A stretch of DNA of 35,612 bases from Dicyema japonicum (taxonomy: Eukaryota; Animalia; Dicyemida): contig RDEW01000111.1 in NCBI GenBank assembly GCA_011109175.1, positions 37,979 through 73,590 on the forward strand, in the 5' to 3' direction. The position numbers were made by a program, and so were the translations under genes. This document shows positions 1 through 10,950 of the stretch, in pieces (position 1 is the first letter of the stretch; the number at the start of each line of letters is the position of its first letter). The notes below the pieces were generated by a model. It had not been told where the DNA came from. It was given only the letters and a program-made list of their open reading frames with translations, and made no database searches.

Positions 1-540
1 TATTTTATGGTTAATGAGTGGTTGAACACGCCCTTCTTCATAAAACACACACGGAACTCACAATTCCTTACTGACCAAATATTTAGAGAGTATTCCCACT
101 ATTGACACGTGTAGTTTCAAGTCGGAGACGGAATTTATGAGGTTTGTGAAAAAATAGTTAAATAAGGACATTTCGTTGGTCCATTCGATGATTAGTCTGG
201 GATCCTGCACGATGAAGCTCAATTTTCTGGAGGAGATAATATTGTAGGGTTTTGTGCCCACGAGTTTATAATCAATTCAGAGGAGTTCAGCAAGTCCGCA
301 AAGATCGATCCAGTCGACGTGGCCAAGAGATTGATGGATTACGGTATTCAGGATTGTTTCAGTGTAGGGTACCATGCCCCCACGACGTCTTTTCCACTGA
401 AGAATGTGCTGATGATTGAGCCCACTGAGTCTGAATCGTTGGGTGAACTGGACAAATTCTGTGACGCTATGATCTGTATTGGGGATATTTACAGCTAAGC
501 CATCCGTGGAGAGATCGCTGATATTGAAAATGGGCGAATG
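1..540 (+). pseudogene. GLDC: Glycine dehydrogenase (glycine cleavage P-protein) pseudogene fragment with micro-introns and a large internal deletion
   Basis: Removing GT-AG introns 90-114 (25 nt), 344-367 (24 nt) and 476-499 (24 nt) gives ...[45 protein letters not shown] and [82 protein letters not shown], which are hallmark GcvP motifs. There is an in-frame TAG at 155-157. The CTMKLN block is joined at about 230-247 to the acceptor of the much later AHEF exon, so roughly 300 codons are missing. The fragment is truncated at about 540. Confidence 0.92.
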
Positions 541-815
541 ATTGACACTTTGACAAATTTATTTAACTTTATGGTAAATTATTGAACACGTCGGAAAACC
601 ATGTTAATTGTGTGAATTTAATTAAATTATTTTTTAATTTTATTTATTAATAAAATTAGTATTATTTAAGACGACTGCTAATTTCTTGTGTTACATGTAA
701 ATTCATTATTTTGATGTTTAATCTTATAGCAGTTCACTTTTATCATCTTGAACTTCTCATTTTACGTTCTGACAACACAGAAAAATTTCCAAGACGAAGT
801 AAAAGATCGTGGATA
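541..815 (+). pseudogene. 5' fragment (upstream region, 5' intron, first coding exon) of the LRR/EGF gene family, copy A
   Basis: Aligns by eye to the reverse complement of about 1995-2205 and 10550-10865. The exon reads QFTFIILNFSFYVLTTQKNFQDEVKDRGY after a GT...TTATAG intron. Confidence 0.75.
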
Positions 816-1099
816 TTTAATCGATAAAACCAATAATGCCTGGAGCCCCAAGTGCTTCCTTTTACTGTGATCTTTATGGGTAGGGAAGATAAACTTCTTT
901 GTGTGTGCTTTGATCTTTCGATCCTTTCGGAATCCTCCACAAGGATTTGTATGAACTTTTGTGTTAAGATGGGTCTATTTTTGATTATATTGTAGTATTC
1001 GCGGTGAATTGAAGATGTTCCTTATAGACTCAATAGTCCCATCATCGTTCTAAGATGTTTGAAAATATTAATCTTCCTTTGACAGTAAGCATGTGTGAG

Positions 1100-2240
1100 C
1101 AAAGCTTGTGATTAAAGTCCCTATATGAATTGTGATAATGCTCACATCATTCTGCATAATTCTGAGGAAAACTGTTCATTTTTATCGATTTTGAAATGAT
1201 ATTATTCTTTCCGAGGCAAGAGAGCGAATCAGGATATTATTTAAATCACGATTTCAATTAATTAACACCAAATTATATCCCTAAAATAACCGATCAGGTT
1301 AGTTTAAATGTTGTATTAAACTCCGCAAATGCCAACTACATTGTTCTTGTCCCTAATGGCACTGCAGTCTGAAATACATTATTAATTACGTGTTTCTTCT
1401 ATCGGCGTGTTGCCTACTCTAACTGTATTACATTCGAACATCTACAAGTGATTATCTTCAATATGTATTGAATAATGAGGTTGTGCCATATGTCTACACT
1501 AAATATGATATCATACGTCTCTGGATTATCAAATGGATTCTTGCACACGATAAAACTATATTAACAATACTTATGCAATTCAACAAAATTAGAACCAATT
1601 CTAAAAATTTGAATAACATTTATTCTTTGAGGAAAGATACTACATAAATTACAAAAAAATATACACAGATTCGAGAATGATAAATTTTTTGCAAAATCGA
1701 TTGTTATGAATGTGAGGGAATTACATTCTTGCAAAAGTCTATACTATAAAAATATATATAACAAGTCGTAAATGCTAGATGGGAATGTTTGGTTGTTTAC
1801 AGATTTTAAACTCATGATTCTGACAGTGACTATGAATAAATAATATTTAATACAATTCTTTAAATTCATTCCCATAACTGAAAAATTGACATCATGTTGA
1901 AATTTAATGTAATGAACTCTTAATTATATATTTGAGAATCAAAGTATACGCCAGAAAATTGACATTCATTCCAGTTCTTAATAATTATAATTTTACAGAG
2001 AACCATGATCCATTACTTCGTCTTGGCAATTTTTCTGTGTTGTCAAAATGTAGAATGAGAAGTACAACATGAAACAATAAATTACAGTCGTTATAAATAA
2101 TTCTAATTTTATTAATAAATAAAATAAATAATTTAATTAAATTCACACAATTAACATGGTTTTTCGACGTGTTCAATAAAGTTAAATAAATTTGTCAAAG
2201 TGTCTAATAACTTTACCATAATGTTCAACATTTGTGTTAA
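1100..2240 (-). pseudogene. Frameshifted paralog of the LRR/EGF gene family, copy B
   Basis: Colinear with about 9600-10880 with the same micro-intron positions. Translated pieces include MLYFSFYILTTQKNCQDEVMDHGS, IKFQHDVNFSVMGMNL, QECNSLTFITIDFAKNLS and FIVCKNPFDNPET. It has several 1-nt frameshifts and stops. Confidence 0.75.
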
Positions 2241-2629
2241 GGCGCAGATGATGGATACTTAAAACTAGCTGAAAAAATAGTACGGAATAATGTAAAGCGA
2301 AAGCCAAAGTATTCATGTGCTTATGGGAAATTTGGAAGTGCTTTTTTAACTAACTGAATAACTAAACTAATACTTTAAGGTTCTTTTTCAATAAGTAAGT
2401 GAAAATTATTCCCTGATTTAGTTTAAATCCAAAATCAGAAATTTAAATTAATTATATAGAAAAATTATTTTTCCATTTGATTATTTTTATTAAAATGAAA
2501 CAATGGAACAAACACAAGACAATTTTTTATTTTTGGCTCAACTTATAAAAAAACTCGATAAAATAACATCTTACATAATATGGAAATAACTCATTCATTC
2601 AGTTACCCATGAATAATTTTCGTTTTTTC

Positions 2630-2785
2630 AGCATCTCGAGGTTTTCCGGCAAGGATAGGTTCAATCGCGGGTTTAGTAGCCATTAGCTTTTTCGACTGAC
2701 AGTGGAAACACATTATAACAATTTTGTCGACCTCAAGTCTCGAAATTACGTAAATTTTACATTTGGGAGACTGCATAGTAAATCA
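2630..2785 (-). mobile_element. Ginger-type integrase relic (second half of the zinc-binding domain)
   Basis: ISRLEVDKIVIMCFHCQSKKLMATKPAIEPILAGKPRD shows the CxxC...KP..PI pattern that precedes the integrase core, as in the element at 22 kb. Confidence 0.6.
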
Positions 2786-2799
2786 GAAATGGATCAATT

Positions 2800-4040
2800 G
2801 ATCCCATCTAAACAAATCACAACATAAAAAGGATAATAACTTGTAGAAATCAGCAGACAGGGATATCACGAAAATCGAATTCATACAAATGCTCCATACA
2901 GCATCCAAATGTGTGCAAATCTTTACACTTTTTGTTAATTCTGAATAATATAAAATATTAAAGTTTTCAATCAAAGGTTCACGAGGACAATTCCAGAGTA
3001 TAAATTCCAAGTTAAGGTGCCTGCAACAAGTTTACAACCATCTCCTGTGAATATAATGCAAAAAACTGGGGAAAGACTTCCATAGTATGTGAGACTTTGT
3101 ACAAAGAGTTTACTTAGTTATTCTACAATAATACTTTTCGTCAACTAAATCCAAATACCAGAGTCTAGCAAGGTGGTTATCTGATCCAGTAACTAATAGA
3201 GGGAGTTTATGGTTGAAAGAATAGCTCTGGGAGGCAGAAGATGACATAATTATATTATAACAAACCCATAACAAATTTCGATAGTTTTAGCGGGAAAATT
3301 AGGCTAAAGTTTACTATAAAAGACAAACATTGGATTTTTTGATTTCATCAACCTTTTGCCTTAACGGCAAAAAATGTTCATTATCATAGTGATGTGAATC
3401 CTGGGAATTAGGACTGTTTATGAATTCATCCTCAATTTCTGTTTCACTTAATATATTCTCTTCTATAAGAATAGGATTATCAATTTTCTTATTTTCCTCA
3501 ATCCTGTCAAAATTGTTCTTAGTAAGCTCTTTATGCTGTGGAAGGCCTAATTTAAGACGGACATGTGAATCTCGTACGTCAACTAAAAAGTCATCAACTC
3601 CAATTTCCTCTAAATACCTAAATTTAATGAAAACTAAGACCCCATAAGTAAATCTCTTCCATCCCTCCATTTAGAATTTATCTATCAAATTATGTATAAT
3701 GTAATATAATTACGTTCAAACAATGTCAGGTCTTTATTACTAGCAGAAATCAAAGAATTTTCAAGAATTTTTATATGATTGACCAATTCTCGGATTACCA
3801 GTTTGTCTTTTTTACATAATTCCTTCAATTAAGCTATTTTGCCTAAACCTATAGTTATCATATAACAGGATATTTTGCTCTCTCAAGGTCCCACTTTAGT
3901 TCATTCATTTTATGATTAGTAAACTCTGGTTCAATAAAGTTGATAATTCCATCATACGTGTAATTGGAAATTCTTGGTGAAAATAGGCTTTCATTCTGAT
4001 TTGATTTTGATGGATATAACTCCACGTCCTGTATATTCAT
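2800..4040 (-). pseudogene. STRN: Striatin-family (PP2A regulatory/STRIPAK scaffold) pseudogene, C-terminally truncated within the WD40 repeats
   Basis: NYTYDGIINFIEPEFTNHKMNELKWDLERAK matches the striatin N-terminal domain, followed by the coiled coil RELVNHIKILENSL and YLEEIGVDDFLVDVRDSHVRLKLGL. WD40 pieces follow: NHKLPLLVTGSDNHLARLW, SPVFCIIFTGDG and THLDAVWSI. A 24-nt intron lies at 3866-3843, followed by a frameshift and a TAA at about 3830. Confidence 0.85.
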
Positions 4041-4635
4041 TCATACATTTGAATTTATTAATTTATAAATTTATCATTTTTTATTTTTAAATTAAACATT
4101 AAGCTATAATCACACAAATACCGTATCAAATTCCCGGATAAAAGATTCAATGACATTTTAAAGTCAGATATCACTTCTTTGTTCTGGGCAAAAATTACTG
4201 AACAAAGTTGATCTTATTCGTCAGTACCTTCCAGCGATACAATGTCACATGGATTCAGGGAGGGTTTCTCCATTACAACACACCTGGATAAAGAAAGTCG
4301 AAAAAGCGAGAGTTAGAAAATGATGCTATTTTGTGCCACCAATTCTAGCACTTATCGAAAGACGATTTCTAGAAAAACAATAAATAATCAATACTAAAGA
4401 AACAAACTATTATTGAAAATTCTAAAAGACCGTGTTTCTATTATGCTTTGATTAACATACAGAAAAATCTTCCAAATTTGCCATTTTTGGTTCCAGCATT
4501 TTATGCGGAAAATTTGGGAATATGCAAATTTCAGATTTTAATCAATAATTTTAAAATCGTTATTGGGTGACTTCTCATTGATGAAAATAACTAAATTTTA
4601 TTTTATTACTTAAAAAATTTTTTTTTAAAAGTGTA

Positions 4636-4803
4636 AAGTCACTTCGCTTCTTAAAGAAAATTGGACACCTTGCTACGCTAAAATGCCACGACGCACGTGA
4701 GACCCGTTGCGTTCTCCAGTTGATCTCTTTTCCAATTGTGAGAGGCAACGACGTCGATAATGTCGGCGGAGTCCACTTTGGATGGTTGGCTGTGTTAATT
4801 TAA
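4636..4803 (+). mobile_element. CRE-clade non-LTR retrotransposon, C-terminal restriction-like endonuclease fragment
   Basis: KSLRFLKKIGHLATLKCHDARETRCVLQLISFPIVRGN matches the ...QRIS.A..RGN terminus, also seen at 30561-30875. Confidence 0.7.
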
Positions 4804-5289
4804 TTACATCATTGATTGTTTTACGTTACAAAAATTAAGTATTAAAATAAAATTCAATTCCCATTTACTTCTTTTATAAATTCTAACATTTGCATTAAAT
4901 CTTCTAATGGATGTAATAAAAACGACATTCTTTTCGTTTTCAACATTTTCAAGAAGGTTCTTTTCAATTTCGCTTAACATTGATCCTATTTCATTGTGTT
5001 TAGGGGTTTCACTTCAGTAGTTTATTCATGGATGAGCATTTCAATTTAAAAAGAATTTTCACGTTGTCTCTTCACATTTTAGATGCAAGCAATAACATTC
5101 ACTGTCTGAATCCGTTAATTTTTCAACCTAATAAATATTATTACGAAATATAAACCCCAAAATTTTGTAGACTTGGAAATATTAATAAAAATCTTTATTT
5201 AATATTGGTTTCATCATCAATAAGTTTTTAATAAAATGCAGATAATTCCTTTTACATTTATTAAATTGATATTGTATCCTTGCAAGCTA

Positions 5290-5475
5290 ATATTTACTTG
5301 TTTGATTTTATGAAAAATCTTAAAATGATTTTTCAGTCTCGAGGGCTTCAGTTATTTGAAAAACCTTCTACACATAAGACACACATAAGAAGTTAATATT
5401 TGTGCTCGTAAGTATAACTCCAAACTGTAAGTGTTCATCCGAATACATACGTCGTTTTATTTTTTTATCAGACAT
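5290..5475 (-). mobile_element. hAT (Buster/Charlie-like) transposase N-terminal BED-finger remnant
   Basis: MSDKKIKRRMYSDEHLQFGVI...CLMCRRFFK*LKPSRLKNHFKIFH, with a frameshift and a stop. This is the typical Buster-type KR.Y..EYL.FG...C..C...MKPSRL..H pattern. Confidence 0.7.
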
Positions 5476-5655
5476 CTAAAAAATATTAAATACAATTAGA
5501 AAATATATCAGTAAAATAATTTTTCAGAAAATTACACACAAGAAACACAAGAAAAGTAGAATTAATTAGAAAAGCGCTTGATAATGACATATAAAACCTA
5601 ATCAAATACTTATAATAATTCAAAAATTAAAATACAACGTGTCATCCACTTCGTG

Positions 5656-5716
5656 TCCATTCAAAATGGCCTCTTTCAAAATGGCCTCCATTCAAAACGG
5701 CCTCCTCCATTCAAAA
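5656..5716. repeat. Short tandem array of a ~15-19-bp CCATTCAAAATGGCCT-like unit (about 4 copies)
   Basis: Directly visible. A related motif occurs twice in the opposite orientation at about 32595-32630. Confidence 0.7.
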
Positions 5717-5775
5717 TTAATTTTTTCAGGTTTTGGATAAGTTCATCAATAACATCACGAGATTTTAGGCGAAAC

Positions 5776-5962
5776 GACATCTTTAGGTAAAAAAGTCATC
5801 TTTTTTAAATCTTATAAAAATTGATTTTTCCAAGGTCCTCGACATCTTTAGGTAAAAAAGTCATCTTTTTTAAATCTTATAAAAATTGATTTTACCAAGG
5901 TCCTCGACATCTTTGGGTAAAAAAGTCATCTTTTTTAAATCTTATAAAAATTGATTTTCCAA
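5776..5962. repeat. 65-bp tandem repeat, about 2.9 near-identical copies
   Basis: The unit GACATCTTTAGGTAAAAAAGTCATC...CCAAGGTCCTC starts at 5776, 5841 and 5906, with no spacers. Confidence 0.95.
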
Positions 5963-6229
5963 TGTAATATTCGACAGGCTCACAGTAATTATTGATATGC
6001 AAAAAATATTGGTTAATCTATCTAATCTTAAATACTTACTAAGATTTTATCCCACAAAACTTCAAATAGTGATTCTTGGACATTTTTTTGACACTAGGAC
6101 ATTTTTTGACGTTATAAACCCAAAATTTTAACCTAAAATTGATTTTATTATTAGCACTTTCATGAGCCGTGATTATTTCTATTAATTTTATAATTATAGA
6201 AACTCATAATTTCATGATTCAAAATAGCA

Positions 6230-6590
6230 GATCCAATTATGTTATGTTCAATGTGGCTGTCTAATACCTGCGCGGATACGTCATTAATCCAACAAATAGG
6301 GTATCATATTTGGAAGTACCTGTAAAATTTCTTTTGTTAAAATGTGGGATATCCAACTCACAATATCAATAGAACATTTAATTAGTAATAATAAAACAAA
6401 TTCCCACCATTCGAACATATATATTCTGGTATCCAATCAAATTCAATAAACAGGCAAGAATACGACAATGTGCTACTCAAATGGTTTTACCACTCCACAT
6501 AGTTCCGAGGTTTAATTATCTTACTCTCTATTCCATTTACAATTAGTTGAACTATCTAGTTAGTCTAGGGATTGGTTCAGCATCTCCACA
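6230..6590 (-). pseudogene. Probable degenerate trypsin-like (S1) serine protease fragment
   Basis: Motifs in the expected order across frameshifts: CG...IVNGIES, LCG, VAHC followed by a GT donor, DI..IL, and PICW. Heavily decayed. Confidence 0.45.
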
Positions 6591-6729
6591 TAATCAAAGT
6601 TCTTCCTTCTTGGTCCATCTAAAATGAATAAGAAAAGTTAAGCATCCTTTTTTCGAATACCTTCACGTCGATGGCGAGCCACCATTAAATTTTTATTTAT
6701 AATTAAAAAATTAAAATTATAAGTATGCT

Positions 6730-7145
6730 AAAACTATTTAAAAATAGCATTAAATTTTTAAAACCAAATTATTATAACTGCTGTGTTTGTCTTAAACAAG
6801 CACTTTTTCTGACTGTTTTTGAAGATCAGATTCTTAAGATTCAACCCCACTTTCCAAAACTTATTGGGGTTTGCAATTGTACAATTATTGCACCTTTAGA
6901 ATTGGCATACCTGTCTTGACCTTATGTCATTCAGGGACCAGATAATAAGAGTTTGAGTTTTTGCAATTTTGATAAATATAATTGTAATTCTAATTGCAAA
7001 AAAAACTTTCAACTTTATCTTATCTATGTTTTAATACAATTTCCCGGACATGGGTACAATGAGGAACAGCCCATGTGGGTAGAAATCATAACTAATTTTT
7101 TTCAATCTTACAATAGGCTTATAACAAATGCAATGATACTTACAA
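6730..7145 (+). repeat. Dispersed non-coding repeat, diverged copy of about 14985-15430
   Basis: Colinear shared blocks: TAAAACCAAATTATTA, AAACAAGCACTTTTTCTG, AATTGGCA..C.TGTCTTGAC, AAAAACTTTCAACTTTA, CAGCCCAYGTGGGTA and ACAAATGCAAT. Confidence 0.8.
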
Positions 7146-9129
7146 ATGTCTTGTGACGGAGTTTTCGGAAGTTCCGCAGGATCTTTTCGATCACCTCTTG
7201 CGGATCTATAAAGTGTTTAAATCCTCTTTCCAGAAAAAGCGCCCTGTTAGACATTCTTATAATTTACTGTATCTCGGGCCTCCGCATCTTCCTCCGATAT
7301 TTTAGACGATTTTTGCATTTTTCATTATGATACAAAAAGTGCGCATGTAGATGAGCATAAACAGCACCAGGGTGTTGAACACTTAGGCCCAGCCGACATG
7401 GCTCAGCTAATAATTAGAAGAGTTCCAAACCTCCCCTTCATAACAATGGCAGCGCGCTACAGAAACTACACTTGAATTTGAATGTTACTCTAAAATACCT
7501 CATCAAGCGTCTGACCGTTATAGGAATCCCATAGATGATCATTATAGGAATTTGATTATTAGACCACTCAAGGTAGCCAAAAACTAATAAACCTGCACTT
7601 TTCAGAATTTACCAATTACTATCTATTATCGTTATTAATGGACGTAGTATTCAGTGGCATATGTCTTCTTATTAGAGGTAGATATAACTCCTCGTTCCCT
7701 TGCTGCTACTTACAACTTGGTATAGCATCTAGTTCCTTTTTTGCTATTATAGGTGAAATAAATGATATCCAGTTATCACACTCTGACTGATATTTAATCC
7801 TTTCCAAGCATCGCGTCCATCTATTTCCCTTATTTTGGTAACCCTTCAAATTGTGTAGTGAGACAATTACCATTAAATATAAAATAAATTTAAGAGTTCT
7901 CTGAAAGTTTTCTAAATTTGAGTTTTCATGTTTCTTTAGTAAAGAACATGAGTTTTATGTGTCTCCTGAATCCAAGAAAAGTTTAGATCCGTGATGAAGC
8001 CATATAGACATTAATGCAATAGAGATGCATCATCACCTCAACCCTCTGACTAATTAATTATCTTTTCAGAATCGATGCTCCCAGAGCCATCGAACTTGCA
8101 TGTCTACAGCATTGATGCAGTATATCTCTGGATGGATGGAAAATTCGAGGTCTCTTTGCTTCTGTGGACCACCAGAACCCGAAGTAATAGTGGAGGTTCT
8201 CTGAGAGCATGGTCGTCACTTTTTCACTTGCGTATATCAACGTTTACCAACACCCATAACTAAAGCTCGAATGGACTATGTCACAACAACTTTAATTGAT
8301 AAAAGGTAGACCGGAAGACCTCATTGGGAGGTATACCTCAGGAGTGAATCTTAGATCGTGGTGAAAACAAGACCTATGGGAAATCAGAGTTATGTGGTGG
8401 CAGTTAACTAGACTGGATGGCAAAACGAAAACCGAAGTCCTTCAGGAACGCTATAATTTAGTGGATCAATGGGATAAGGAAGTGGCTCGTTGCGGAGTAG
8501 AGGTAGGGATTATGTGTGTGATATAGATCACTCGCTGATCAAGAAGGTGAGAAATCAAATGACAACTCATAAGTCCATTTTTCTCCAATTCCAGGCTATG
8601 ATCACCCAGTAGGAATTTGAGTAATCAAAATGGAAATTGACAAGACTTTGTCTTCGAGTTGAGGCACCTTTCTGTAACCTTAAATAAAAAATTTCTGCCG
8701 ACTAAGTTGTCCTTCGCTTTTGTGAATCCCACACCTCTGTCCCTGTCCGATAGTACATTATTTCCATGTAAAATGTCTACGTTGCCCGTTTCGGAGAGAT
8801 TTGGTGAAATATGGTGATCTGAGCATTGAAGAACTGGTAGATCTCAATTATTGCATTAAATAAGTTTGCCACGTGATGGAGAAGCGATTTAAAGAGAGTT
8901 GCATGTCAATGAGGTTTCAGAGAGGAGTCGGTAATAGTACGTAGGTTGGTCTTCCGCTCTGACATATGAGGTTGTTTTCCCCCAAATAGTTGACACGTAG
9001 ATTTGATGGCTTCTAAAGTTTATTATTAAACTTATATTAGCTTCAAAATGGTGCCAATGGTGCCATTTACTCAACATTTCGCTACGTCGACTCGCATATG
9101 CTTTCTGTGATATATAATATCATGAAATT

Positions 9130-10637
9130 GGTAATTTATATGAGCACAGTAAAGTTACCTACAAACATTATTCTTGTAACTGGCACTTAGTAACCCCATC
9201 AAGCACTCGTTTATATCTTGCAATCACATTCATTTCTACCAACATGCTGATTACTTGTAAGGTCCTTAAAGAATCACACAAAACAATAGCAATAGTAGGA
9301 CCCATCTGTAATTACACAATTCTGTTGGCATGGATTATTTTTGCTCTCGTCGACATCTAAAATGCTCAAAAACAAGAACCGTTGACGAACTTTTGTGTTT
9401 TAGGCATACACCTTTGCAAATGCAGAAAAAGTCTCTATAATCGTTTCGACAACGACTATTTGAAGAGCAGATTTTAGGATCCTCACATTCATTTATATCT
9501 CAAATTCATTAGAAACTTGTTTACCGACACATTTGCCATTAATATCGACATACCCTTTGAGCACTCACAAGCATAAGATCCCTCCGTATTTTTGCAAGTA
9601 TGATTTAAGTCCTTATATGATTAATTAGTTGTTCTGCATAAATCTGAAGAAAACTGTCCGTTCTTTAACACCTATCAAAGTCGATTTTTTCTGTAATCGT
9701 TTTTTTAAGTGAAATTTTTATCTTAGAGACAATAGTATAGCTGTGTGATTCAGTTGTCCAACCAGGATAATAATTAAATCATAATAAATTTGAATTAATT
9801 AACACCAATTTTATATCCCAGAAAAATGAACCATTAAGTTAGTAAATGTTTAATTGAACTCCTCAAATTCCAAGTACATTATACTTGTTTTTAATGGCAC
9901 TGCAGATTATTAGACTGAAATATTCACTTGTCGGCCTCCCGTATTTTCTAAATATATTATTTTCTAACATATACAATTTATTATCTATGATAGATAATTG
10001 TCCATTAGTTATTGCTTCATATCTATACTAAATATAATATCATACGCCTTTGGATCATTGAATGAATTGATGCAAACGATAACACTATATTATTATTATT
10101 AAAAATACTCATTTAAAATAATAAAGTTGGAACCCACTTTAAAATTTTGAATTACACTTATTCCATGAGGAAAGGTTCTACATTAATTACAAAAAATGTA
10201 CATAATTTCAAGTAATGATAAATTTTCCGCAAATTCGATCGATATGAATTTGAGGGAATCACAGTATTCAAAATATCTATAAAGTTAAAAAAATATGTAA
10301 CAAGTTGTTAATGGTAGGTGGGAATGTTTTCTTGTCTACAGATTCTAAACTTTCATCATAATCACCACATTGACTATGAATAATTAATAATTAATACAAT
10401 CTATCTAAATTCATTCCCAATAATGAAAAGTTGACATCAGGTTCAAATTTAATATTTTGAACAATTAATGCAGCTACATAAAATTCAGGTAGGCCAGTTA
10501 TCGAATATGTACAATTAATCCAATATCTTATTAATTTATATTTAATACAGAGTTCTACTCACTGTTAATTCGTTTTTGCATAAATTCTGTGATGTCAAAA
10601 TATCGAATGACAAGTTTAACACGAGAAAAGAAAACAT
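9130..10637 (-). pseudogene. Secreted/cell-surface protein with N-terminal LRR-like modules and about 4 calcium-binding EGF repeats (copy C); 3' half disrupted
   Basis: ATG at 10637 begins MFSFLVLNLSFDILTSQ (signal-peptide-like). Phase-2 introns at 10548-10527, 10397-10374, 10301-10277, 10201-10178, 10108-10085, 10045-10023 and 9974-9948 give an open frame, including LYFEYCDSLKFISIEFAENLSLLEII. cbEGF units follow: CKNTEGSYACEC, DINECEDPKICSSNSRCRN, DVDESKNNPCQQNCVITDGSYYCYC and DINECL, with phase-1 introns at 9524-9499 and 9239-9217. This half has stops and frameshifts. Confidence 0.8.
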
Positions 10638-10809
10638 CTATAAGATTAAATACCAAAATAATAAATATACAATAACCACAAGAAATAAAAATTACTACAT
10701 GAAATACTGTCGTCATAATTAATTATAATTTTATTAAATAAAGTGATGGATTAAAAAAATAAAATTAAAAAATAATTTAATTAAATTCACACAATTTACA
10801 TGGTTTTCC

Positions 10810-10950
10810 GATTTGTTTAATAATTTTACCATAAAATTTAATAAATTTGTCAAAAATGTCTAATAACTTTGCCTTAATGTTTAGTAACTTTATCAAAATA
10901 CTTAAAAATTGTGTCAAAAAGTTTAATATCTTTTGAATAATGTTTAATTA
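10810..10950. repeat. Degenerate ~21-22-bp minisatellite upstream of the LRR/EGF gene
   Basis: Repeated AATGTTTAATAACTTTGTCAAA-like units. Shorter versions lie at about 2170-2240 and 541-590. Confidence 0.55.

Noticed and set aside
155-157. In-frame TAG/TAA in GLDC, striatin and Tigger as a sign of stop-codon reassignment
   Set aside because: The stops fall at positions expected to be different residues (e.g. Leu in GLDC, Trp in Tigger) and co-occur with frameshifts and deletions. The Ginger CDS ends normally at TAA. Pseudogenisation explains them.
5776-5962. 65-bp repeats as a CRISPR array
   Set aside because: They are head-to-tail copies with no unique spacers, there are no cas genes, and the context is eukaryotic.
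7150-8560. Several coding-like segments (TM-like piece, gag-like piece, exon with a 24-nt intron near 8503-8526)
   Set aside because: They are probably further decayed fragments, but cannot be identified without a database search.
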